64,000 nucleotides of DNA, taken from Lama guanicoe (Eukaryota). The stretch covers positions 2,360,127 to 2,424,126 of the forward strand of contig MU053594.1 in assembly GCA_013239625.1 (NCBI GenBank). The letters run 5' to 3'. Every line of letters begins with the position of its first letter. The stretch's first letter is position 1. The position numbers and the translations under genes are program-made. Of this stretch, positions 38,001 through 48,388 are shown piece by piece. Below the pieces are notes generated by a model that worked only from the letters and a program-made list of their open reading frames with translations, was not told the DNA's origin and searched no databases.

Positions 38001-41000
38001 TGCAGCCTCAAGGTTCATCCCGTCATTGGAAATGAAAATCACTTTCAGGAGCTAGATCGTTAAGATGCGTGGGATGGGCTTCTCTTCCTGGTTCCCTGAT
38101 GATGGAAGTGTAGGTTCACCCTGGAGTCTACCTTAGATCCCAGGCTTTAGGGCAGCAGCGGCAACTCGTGTCCAAATGATTGCCTGGTCCTGGTGGCTCA
38201 TGGGAAATCCTCTAACAGGACACCAACTGGGAGAGGAGTTTTCTTGCAAGACTATCTTGGGGTCTGTTCTAGGTAATGCCTACCTGAAGAGGGCTCTCTA
38301 GAGGCTGCCCCAGGGAGATGCCTGGGTGTTGGATCCACTAAGACCTACTTCCTTAGCCTTAGTTGGGTTGCTTTCTCCCTATGGTGTGAACATGGTTTGC
38401 ATGGAGTCATTAAATAAACAAGTGATGACAGTTTTGCATATTTCTTCGGTCATGTTGATTATACCTTCATCAAGGGACCAAGGGCCATGTTTATTTAAAT
38501 CAGTGGACTCCTGTGCTCTCCCAAGCTCCGTGCCAAGCAAGCGCAGTGCCCACACACAGCCAGAGCGCTGTCTCAGGTGACCGTTCGGCTTGCGTCTGTC
38601 ATGGTCTGTGCTCTCCAGTGGAACAGCAGCTGCAGGACACTTATTTTTGTGATGCAGAGCATGTCCGTGTGTGCGGCAGGGGGAACTGAAATAGCCTCTG
38701 CTGACTTTTTATACCTTCAGATTTTTTTCGTTGCTCATTTTGGAAAAGGGAAGCCCTCACTGGGGCCAAGATCATAGGTTTTCTGTAAATGAGTTTTGTT
38801 TCTTTTTTCCCAAACATCGCTGACTGACTTGTTGTGGTGGAAAGACAGTGCGGCTGAACTTCTCAGCCTAAAAAAGGAGATTGCCAACGAGCGCCAAGAG
38901 GCCTGTGTTTAGGTGGAAAGATTTTTCTCCGTGACGGACACTTGGATGCCCACAGGAGACTTAAAGGGCCTCAAACCACAAGATAAATGGTGAGAAAGCT
39001 TTAGGCTTTGAGAGGGTCTTCCTGGAGCTGCAATTTGATCAGGGGGCTACTAAAATCTCTGGTCCACTCTACTTTGGGAAATTGAACTTTCATCATCTGC
39101 GATTGTGTATTATTCTTTTGATCTCCTCTTTTATTTTTCTTCCCTCTTCTTTTACTGATTATTATTATCTTAAGAAATTATTTTAATCATCCTGAAATTT
39201 TCTTTTAAATATTTTAGTTCAGTTGTATTCAGGGTTCTAGAAGACCCAAGGCGAAGCAATCCTGACTTCAGACCAACCTCTTTTCCTCTTTTACATTTAT
39301 ATGTGTGGGCTCATTTCTCATGCTCTCGGAGGTAGGGAGTCCAGTGTTTACTGTGGAGTTCGATATGTTTATTGCTGCTTCACAAAGGTGGGTGTGAAAG
39401 GCACCCACTGCGAGTTTTCACCTTGCAAATGCACTTGGCCGTTGGGCTCCGGTGGGAATTGTCCTGAAGCTTCAGATTCTGATTTTTCGTGGGCCCTCTG
39501 CAAAGACACCATCAGGAGCACCCTCGCTCTTGCCTCCTTACCTGGCAGCCGTCACAGGATTCCTTGGCAGCTGGTTGTGGACTCGTGGGTGGGCAGACAG
39601 GAGATCCTTGGGAGCTGGGGGGGTTTTGTGACTGCAATAGGAAGAGGTGGGGACTCAGAGACTGCTCGCCATATGGTGGCTGTTCTAGTGCACACCTGTT
39701 GACACTGTGAGTTCCAAGTCCAGACCTCGGAGGGTGATGACCTCAGCTCACAGCACCTCCCCAAGGCCTCTTTGTTCATTGATTCAAAAACAACAGGAGG
39801 CAGGAAGCTCTTGCTTGACAAGATGCTGGAAGCGCCCAGCCGGCCCCTTGGCAGCCAGGTGGTCCATGTGTCCACTTCCTGGGAGGGAGTGGGATCCGGC
39901 GTCCTCTGGGCCCTTCCCCAGAGTGTACATGCAAATCAGAGGGGGGTGGCTAGCCGTGCAACTGTCTTTGATCTGGTCTGTGATGTGTGCATGTACAATT
40001 GAGCCTTTCTTGTCCCCCAGCTGAAGAGTGTGACCACACTGCTTGGACCCCCAAGTAGCCCTGTCCCCCGAGTTTCTCCTGAGTGCACGATGCCTCAGGC
40101 TGCACTTTATGCCTAAAAATAGCTGGAAACCCAACTGGGGACAAGCATAGGTTGAGTGTGGGAGGCCAGGCGCCCTGTTCTCTGTCACGTCAGGCCACAC
40201 CTGGGGTCTGTGGTCACTGCTGGGCATCACCCATCATAACGGGAGGTAGCAGATGGAACTTGTGCAGGAGTGAGGCAGCCAGAAGGAAGGTTAGAGGAAT
40301 TCAAAACATGTCATTAAGAAATAGTGGAAGGAATGGGATGTTCATTCAGACTCTCCAAGGACCTGGTGTCTGTCTTCAGATGCTGGAAAGAGATATGACT
40401 GCTACTACGAATGATAATTTTCTTAGCTCCCACTTATTCAGTGCCTCCTCGGTGCCAGCTCCATTCTAAGCATTTACATGTAATTCTCAAGTACCCACCA
40501 TGATGATCCTCATTTTACAGATGAGGAAGCTGTAAATGGATTATGAACGGTGAATTTCATTAGAAGGTAATGCCAAGAAAAATGGGGCTTTTCACCAAGA
40601 GGCAGGTCCAGGAGAAAGAGAACTTTAGGACATTACAGCTTTCCAGAGGGATGTGGAAGGGAGTGGAGGAAGGGGAATGGGAATCTTCGGGAGCTTCCCA
40701 TGTGTGATTTCAGTTAATCTTCCCAAGCACCTTGTGAGATGAGAATTGTTATCCCCATTTTTCTGATGAGGTGACTGAGGCCCAGGGATGTAAAATAAAT
40801 CATCAGAGACCTTTTCACTAGAAACTGGCAGCCCAGATTTGAATACAGATATCTTTGGTCCTTAAGTCCTTTATCATAGCTGCTTAAACAATGGTGATGG
40901 TGCGCAGGGGGTCCCAGGGCGCAGGTGCCAGGCTGGCTGTCTCTGCCACACACTCCTGCTTCAGCCTGAATGTCACCAATTATGACTGTTTCATTGCTCG

Positions 41001-42921
41001 TCTCTTCCACTAGACTGCAAGAGACATGTGGGCTGGGGCTACATCTTTCTCGTGCTGTATTCCTAGTGCCTAGGGATATTTGAAAGAATGAATGAATACC
41101 AGTAGAGATCCCTTGTTATAATGGGGTACATTAGAAAGAGAAGAATTAGTCTCCTCTTGGGATGTTAGAGGGAGATTCTTGTATGGGATCAGGGATGAAT
41201 CAGCAGAGCTTCAGCATCACCTGAGGGATTTTTATAAATACAGAAGCAGGGGCACACATCAGACCCCCAAATCAGACTCTCCAGGAGCAGGGCCCGGGCA
41301 TCTGCATGTGGCATCACTCCCTGGTGGCTTGTGCTACCTGGCCAGGTTAGGAAGCCCCTGTGAATGAACTTGAGTCTGACGCTCTCAGGCTCTGTGTCCT
41401 CTGTTCCTGGGATCCCTGGGACGCCCTCTGCCCCCTCCCTCTCTGCCCCGAGCAGGCTGGGCACGGAGGGCTGGAGCTAGGCAGGCTTGGGGTCTTATCA
41501 GCTGGGTATTTCCTGAGCAAAGTTCAGGGAGGGCAGCTCTGTGGATCCGGGTTTAATAGATACCCAGGCTTCCGGGCTTTTGATACAGAGCCCGGGTCCC
41601 TGGGCCCTTATCAGTGGGCGATAACGGACTCCCCATGTGAGATGTAAGGCCCGGTGCTACGCGCCTCTCTTGGCTGACCAGGGCTCCCCGGGCTCGAGGC
41701 CCCAGGCTGTGGGCTGTCTGGGTGGGCAGGTTGGCACGGTCCAGCGGTTGCTGCTTTGGGCTTGCTCTCCTGGCCGGGAGAGCCCTGTGTTCTAGCTTGT
41801 GCTGCTTTGGTTTCTCAGCACTGATGACAAAAGGCAGAGAGCACCTTCTCTCAGCACCAAGGCTGGACACTCTGGACTCAGGGCACGTGGATCACCATTG
41901 GGTATTTGTCCTACATCCTGGGAGCCAAGGAGGACCTGGGGACCACTCACCGCAGCCCCATTCTAAGGGTCCAGGAGAGATGAAGGGGGGATGAATGGAA
42001 GCATATTTTGAATAATCATCCAACCAATTAGTCAACCAATGCCTTACTGAGCTTATGGACATGCCACTTGGGAAGATATAGAGAAATAATGTCCAGGATT
42101 TCACTGTGAGAAGTTGATAATCTAATTCGTGGTAGAAGAAATTTACATCCGAAAGGATTACTACTTATCACATAGCAGATTACAAACTGATTGAATGGTT
42201 ACTGATTTTATACTAAGCATATATCAGGTTTCCTGTCTGCTATGTCAGGGACTCCTTACAACACCTCTTCAATAAGAAATTGCATGTTAAGGAGCACAGA
42301 GAAGTTTAGTAACTCACCCAGCGTCACACAGCCAGAATGTGGCAGGGGCAGGTTTTGAAGACTGTTGGTTCTGACTCAGAGTCCCTGCTCTCCTGCTGAC
42401 CTCTACCCCTCCCTGGGATGAAAGCTAACTGGTTTGGAAGTGCCGAAGGGGCGGAGAATGAAGCAAATTCTGTGGGCTGCTGTGGTCGGCTAAGAGGGTT
42501 GTGGGAGTCTTGGGGCAGAAGAACCAAGAAGGTGAGAACGGTGAGAAGGAATCCTGACCACGGGAAGGCGCAAGTAGAGATGAGGAGGTGAGACACACAA
42601 ACAGACGTAGAGGAGGCTGGATAGACCTTCTGGCCGGAGTGGTTAGTGTACAAAGAGGTGGGAAATGAGACCACACTCGGGAGGACTTTCAATTCTTGAT
42701 TAAGGTGCCTGGGCCTTAATCGTCTGGGTGGAAGGGAGCCATAGGAGGTTTGGGGCAGGGGGAGTGACAATGCTGGAGAAGTACCCTGGGAAGTCTCCCG
42801 TGGTCCTGTGTGTTCAGGCACAACTTAGGGGAGCAGACAGACCCTGGAGGAGAGCGGGCATCCCATCCTGGGCGGGGGCTGGTGAGAAGGGAGCGGGGTA
42901 CCAGTGACACTGTCTTCACAG

Positions 42922-43052
42922 CCACAGCTCCAGAGCAAGCCCCGGCCCCACCCCGGCCGTACCAAGGGGTGCGCGTGAAGGAGCCGGTGAAGGAGCTGCT
43001 GCGGCGGAAACGTGGCCATGCCAGCAGCGGGACGCCGGTGGCACCGACCGCG
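42922..43052 (+). CDS. POU2AF1: POU2AF1 coding exon 2, encoding the POU-domain/octamer-binding OCA motif (RPYQGVRVKEPVKELLRRKRG)
   Basis: Acceptor tcttcacAG (42920-21) and donor GTGAGG at 43053. 131 nt; 16+131 nt = 49 codons, ending ...PTA as in human and mouse OCA-B. Confidence 0.97.
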
Positions 43053-43075
43053 GTGAGGGGACCGCTGCGGCTGGA

Positions 43076-43103
43076 GTGTGTGTGTGTGCGTGTGTGTGTG
43101 TGT
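43076..43103. repeat. (TG)n microsatellite at the start of intron 2
   Basis: Read directly; begins 23 nt after the exon 2 donor. Confidence 0.9.
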
Positions 43104-43560
43104 TTGGGCAAAAGGATCAGGTGGGAGGGCACATCCTTGCTCCATGGGATACTCAGCACGAAGGCCACACGTTGTCATGATGTGGCTGCTGGAGATGGAC
43201 CCAAGGTAGAAGTCGGGGTCCACTGGAGCAAGACAAGGCTGATGGGCCGGCCAGCTTGGCCCACTGGACAGAGCTATTGCCAGGGCCCGAGTGAGCAAGT
43301 GTCTCACACCTCCTGGGGCTCCCCTGGGAAGACGGTGCTGCCAGTTCTCTAAGTGCACCACCTTCTTGCTAAACGGAAACAGCAGCCCCTCGAAGGTGTA
43401 GGTGGTGATGGTTGGGACATGGGGAGGTGTTTGGCTCTAACAAGGGAGGTTCCCCTCAACCCCGTCCTCTCCTGCCCTGGGGCCTTCTGGGTGGGCCTCC
43501 TGCAGAGGGCTAGCTGGAGGCAGCTCAACCCTGATTCCGGTCTTTACTTCTCCCCTCCAG

Positions 43561-43603
43561 GTGGTGCTGCCCCATCAGCCCCTGGCCACCTACACCACAG
43601 TAG
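43561..43603 (+). CDS. POU2AF1: POU2AF1 coding exon 3 (VVLPHQPLATYTTV + 1 nt)
   Basis: Polypyrimidine tract plus ccAG at 43559-60; donor GTAAGA at 43604; 43 nt. Confidence 0.96.
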
Positions 43604-43687
43604 GTAAGAGTTCCCCCCAGCCCTGGCCTCCTCTAGGCCCCTCATCTGGGTGGCACCTGCAGCTCTGTCATTTCCTTCTTCCCACAG

Positions 43688-43953
43688 GTCCTTCCTGCCT
43701 TGACATGGACATGTCTGCTTCCACGGTGACGGAGGAGGGGGCCCTGTGTGCCGGCTGGCTCTCCCAGCCCACCCCGGCCACCCTCCAGCCCCTGGCCCCA
43801 TGGACGCCCTACACCGAGTATGTGTCCCATGAAGCTGTCAGCTGCCCCTACTCGGCTGACATGTACGTGCAGCCCGTGTGCCCCAGCTACACGGTTGTGG
43901 GGCCCTCCTCGGTGCTGACCTATGCCTCCCAGCCGCTCATCACCAACGTCACG
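43688..43953 (+). CDS. POU2AF1: POU2AF1 coding exon 4 (GPSCLDM...PLITNVT)
   Basis: Acceptor cttcccacAG (43686-87); donor GTATGT at 43954; 266 nt; translation matches the OCA-B central region. Confidence 0.96.
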
Positions 43954-45564
43954 GTATGTCACACAAAGGCACCCTTTAGAACCTGAGCGGACCTCCTGAC
44001 CCCTAACCTTCCTTGCTGTTGATTTCCAGGATAGTCAGGTCATCTAAGCCCAACTTGTCCTCCAGGGAGGTCTGCTTTCATTTCCAATAGCTTAAAATAT
44101 CTCCCACGGAAAAGGCGTGTAGCCTCCTTTGTCATGCTGGTGCTCCTCGGGGTTGGCACGTCCTCCTGCCTCTCTGCCCTAAGTCTCCCCTGCTGCCCTG
44201 TAAGCAGTGAGTCTCAGTCATGAGTCTCTTTTTATTGAATGGAATGGGGGGGGCAAGTGAGATCTCTACGTGGGGTCTCTCTTCAGAGCCAGTGTCTCCT
44301 TCCTACTCAGATGATTTAGGGGGTGATTTTTCCACTTAACACTGGGATTGACCAGAAAATATCTAGGCTGAGCAACAGGTGACACAACTTTTCAGAAAAC
44401 TACTTCTGATAGAGTCACCTCCAGGGCCATGTTTTGAGTGTCAGATGGCCTGGATTCAAATCTCTGCCCCTTCACTTACGAGCGATGAGACCCGGAGCTG
44501 AGTGACTTAGTTCTGTGAGTCTCAATATTCTCATCTGTAAAATGGGAATACTCACAAGAGGGCTGAGATCAGGATCAACAGCATGACGCACGTTAGAGGG
44601 CTTAGAACAGTCCCTAGGCTTTAGCGGGAGTCCCAGAAAGCACTTGATAAATGCTTGTTATTATGATCGTCTCAAAGTAGGCCAGCAACATTAACCAAGC
44701 GCTGCCTTCGAGTGCCGGATAGGAAAGCAGTGGCCTGCTCCCTGAGGGATGGAGGAAGGAAGAGAAATAGTTTTTCCTGCATGGTGCCTGTTTGGCCAAA
44801 GGAATGGGAATCCCCAGGTATTCAGAGGAGAAGGGGCCTACAGTTACAGATGTATCCAGCTCCAGTCCGAGGGGTGCTGTGGGAGGTGGAGCAGAGGCCC
44901 CGTGAGCAGAGCCCACACTTGATGGTGGAGTTGGCTTGCTTCCCTGAGTCCTTGCCCCAAGGTCCCATGTCAGCCTGATGCACCTGCTTCTCCAGCATCG
45001 TCCCAGCTTGGCCTGCAGGAGCCCTCCCATTCCATGCCCATCTGGCTGCTCAGCAGACCATTTGTGGGGCCTGAATGGTGATGGAGAATAAGGGGTTAAT
45101 TCAGCACCTCTCCCAGGCCTCTTATTTCCGATCAGGGTCCTGGGGTGGGGCTGGGGGCAGGAGGACACAATGGCTCCCGACCACTTCACAACCAGCAATT
45201 CCTGTCATTATTTATCCTTGCTTCAGTCCCACCTCTTGCTGTGAAAGGTTCCGTGTAGCGAACGAACTCTATCTATTAAGAAGCGATTAGTTTGTTTTGC
45301 CCTTTTGTAAATTAACTCATCAAAGCTGGTTAGGGCTACCCATCGGCCCTCCCGCTCAGCAGCAGAGAAGGCCTGTTATGACCAGTTGATGTAATTCTAT
45401 CCCTGAGCCGAGAAACCTGAAGCTACAGTTGACCTGCACAGGTTGATGACTCAAAAATGTTGGATTTCCAATTGGATTTTTGAAATAATAAGGCTTTGTT
45501 GGGAGAATGGAAATCCTTTGAGACCCTTTCTGGCTCTATCATTCTATAGAAAAATACCCTAAGG

Positions 45565-45700
45565 CCTTGCTACTCAAACTGTGGTCCCTGGACCAGCCAC
45601 ATTGGCATCACCTGGGATTCGATTAGACATGCAGAATCCAGGCCCGACCAGACCTCCCGTCCCAGAATCTGCATTGCAACAAGGTCCCAAGAGGTTGAAA
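45565..45700. mobile_element. MER5A-like MITE in intron 4
   Basis: ctcaaactgtggtccctggaccagc...catcacctggga...cagaatctgcattgcaacaag. Confidence 0.65.
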
Positions 45701-46398
45701 TAGGCTCTTCCCAAAATGACTCCGTTTGCTCTCAAGACACATGGGCAACTGGCAGAGATATGATGGGGAGGCAGCCGGGGAGGGGGAAGTTTTGGCCTGT
45801 CACACTTCATCCCATGCAGAGACCTTCCTCTTCCACTTGCGGTGGAAGATAGTAAGAATCCAGGCCCTGGCTCTCTCACAGGCTCTCCTGGGACGTGTAG
45901 GGTAGTTGCCATGCAGGGGAGAGGTACTGCTTGCAGAGCACCGGGGAGAATGGCCAGGCCAGCCTGTGTCTGGGCACGGTAGTGGCCACCTTGTGATGCA
46001 GCTGCTATGCTGTGTGACAGGCCTGTTGTTTAATGTGTTGTATTTTCACAGATTTTAAGATTGACATCCTCCCCACAACACACATTTTAATATCTCTGAA
46101 ATCAGGGTGCATATTTTATATTCAATAAAACAGAGAAAAGCCTCTCTAATTTGCTCAGCCCTATATGATGTCAATTCTCTGTGTAATCTCTTTTACAGAT
46201 GAGAAAATAGGGACCTCAGATGGGGAAGTAGCATGAGCAGGGACTTATAGCTAGTGGGTGACAGAAGTTTGTGTGGCTTCTCCCTGGTGGGGAGACTTTG
46301 AGCAGGGGGAGGGGGAGCCCTCTGGAGTGAGACAGCAGAAAAGGGTGGGCAGTGGGCACGCCAGGGCTGCTAACCTTCCTGTGTCTCCCCCGTCACAG

Positions 46399-46713
46399 GC
46401 CAGAAGTGCTGCCACGCCCGCAGTGGGGCCCCAGCTGGAGGGCCCAGAGCACCAGGCCCCCCTCACCTACTTCCCGTGGCCTCAGCCCCTGTCCACGCTG
46501 CCCGCCTCCACCCTGCAGTACCAGCCTCCAGCCCCAGCCCTGCCTGGGCCCCAGTTTGTCCAGCTCCCCATCTCTCTCCCGGAGCCGGTCCTTCAGGACA
46601 TGGAAGACCCCAGGAGAGCCATCAGTTCCCTGACCATCGACAAGCTGCTTTTGGAGGAGGAGGAAAGCGACACCTACACACTTAACCACACGCTTTCTGT
46701 GGAAGGCTTTTAG
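46399..46713 (+). CDS. POU2AF1: POU2AF1 coding exon 5 (ARSAATP...NHTLSVEGF*), acidic C-terminal activation region; Ser184 conserved
   Basis: Branch-like CTAAC 46370-74, acceptor cacAG 46397-98, TAG stop 46711-13. Spliced CDS is 771 nt = 256 aa + stop, the known OCA-B p34 length. Confidence 0.97.
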   Translation, partial: ARSAATPAVGPQLEGPEHQAPLTYFPWPQPLSTLPASTLQYQPPAPALPGPQFVQLPISLPEPVLQDMEDPRRAISSLTIDKLLLEEEESDTYTLNHTLSVEGF

Positions 46714-46771
46714 GGCTGGCTCACACCCGACAGTCCTATTCCCTGAAACTGGGATTTAAAAATAAGCCTGG

Positions 46772-47014
46772 TGATATCACTCATATATAGAATCTTAAAA
46801 AAGAAAAAGAAGACAATGAACTTATATATAAAACAGAAACAGACTCACAGATGTAGAAAACAACTCACGGTCACCAAGGGGCAGCGGGGTAGGGAGGGAT
46901 AAACTGGGAGCTCAAGATTTGAAATGAATATGTGCGTATTCATGTCTGACTGAAGCATTGTGCTGTGCACCAGAAACTGACACAGCGTTGTAAACTGATT
47001 ATACTTCAATTAAA
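46772..47014 (+). mobile_element. Short, internally deleted L1 3' end in the POU2AF1 3' UTR
   Basis: Aligns by eye to 13145-13490; TSD AAAAATAAGCCTGG (46758-71) and AAAAATGAGCTTGG (47015-28). Confidence 0.8.
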
Positions 47015-47109
47015 AAAAATGAGCTTGGGATTGAGCCTCAGATTCATGTCTGTTTGGAGTAGCCATTTCATAGCTACACTTTGTACCCCAGACTAGAATC
47101 ATAAGCCAG

Positions 47110-47250
47110 CTTCCTTCCTTCCTTCTTTCCTTCCTCTCTCCCTTCCTGCCTTCCTTTCCCCTTTCCTCTTTCCCTCTCTATCTTCTTCCCGTCCCGTCTC
47201 TTACCTTCCCTCCCTCCCTTCCTCTCCATTTCTCATTTCTTTTTCCATTT
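47110..47250. repeat. CT-rich polypyrimidine low-complexity tract in the 3' UTR
   Basis: About 140 nt of almost pure C/T. Confidence 0.85.
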
Positions 47251-48382
47251 CTGTTCCTTTTTGGGAGGGAATTATAGAGATTTTAAAGACAATATTTGAT
47301 GCCAAGTGTTGCCAAATCTGGGGCCCGGAGTTTTCCTTTCTGCCATGTTTCCTTCTTGGAGAAGGCCCCATCTCCCCAGTGCTCACTGCCTCCATGGGGC
47401 AGTAGTCCTGCCGAGCCACCTTCAGGCAGGTGCTTTTGGAGGAAGCACTGCCCGCTGTCATTTTGAGATGTATGAGGTGCCCTGAGACAAGACCAGCCCT
47501 GCCAGCCCCTCCAAGGGCAGAACCAATGCCAGAGACCTTGAGCTGTCAGTTCCCACAGTTGCTCCTTTGTTTGGTGTTCTCAGCTTTGGCCAGATTTACG
47601 GTCTAGGCCACAGAGTCTCAAGGCCTGGGGCTTAGCGAGGTAATGGGTGGAGGATCGGGGAAGGAAAGAAACATCAGAGCGGACGGGGCCGAATCGGAGG
47701 GCCAGAAGAGGGATGAGAACATGGAGGGTGTATGTGGTGGAGGAGGGCATGAGGGTAGGGAAAGGTTTTCAGGTAAGAGCAGGAGGGCAGAGGAATGGCT
47801 TTGTTTTAGGTTTCTTGGTTGTTGAGAAGGAGAGTAAGTTTAAGACAAATATTGCTTTAAGAGGTGGTTTTGAGCTCTTCTTGAGGGTACTTGGAAGGAA
47901 TGCTACGCTTCTGTAAACAGTGATGGACGTGCCTGACTGTGTCCTTCCACGTGCAGACCCTCTGTGGCGCTGCGTGCAGGCGAGGCCCACTGGAGCCCCG
48001 TGGTGACCGAGCCCATGCTCAGTGCTGCCACAAGGGCTTCTTTCATGTCTTAAGAGCCTCCATGAGCCCAAATTACGTGGAGCCAAGACCTCCTCCCCAA
48101 GCCCCATCCTTCCTGGGGGCTTCTAGAGCGTCAGCCAGCAGGACCATTAGATCTCATTTCAATTTTTATTTTTATTATTTTCTGGAGAATCATCAGATTT
48201 GTAGGGGCCGGAGCACAGTTGTCATCAAGGGGGCTCAGTGGCCATGCGCTTTGGGAACCAGCTCATCTGTCTGCTAATGACACTGTTGCCACTAACTGGT
48301 TGGAGGACTCCATAGAGAAGTGGTGGATTTCCTGGGACATGGCACTTTCTTTGATACTTTTTTTTTTTTTTTTGCCATTTAA

Positions 48383-48388
48383 AATAAA
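48383..48388 (+). terminator. Candidate poly(A) signal AATAAA
   Basis: Canonical hexamer with T-rich and GT-rich downstream sequence (48408-48445). Confidence 0.55.

Noticed and set aside
42810..43352. 180-aa ORF as a stand-alone gene or OCA paralogue
   Set aside because: It is POU2AF1 exon 2 plus flanking intron read-through; only 42922-43052 matches OCA-B and that part is bounded by splice sites.
44614..45198. 194-aa antisense ORF in intron 4 (and antisense ORFs over exons 2-5)
   Set aside because: No recognisable homology, partly MIR-derived, non-ATG or weak starts; consistent with chance.
46258..46398. N-terminal part of ORF 46258-46713
   Set aside because: Intronic; the branch point and acceptor place the exon start at 46399.
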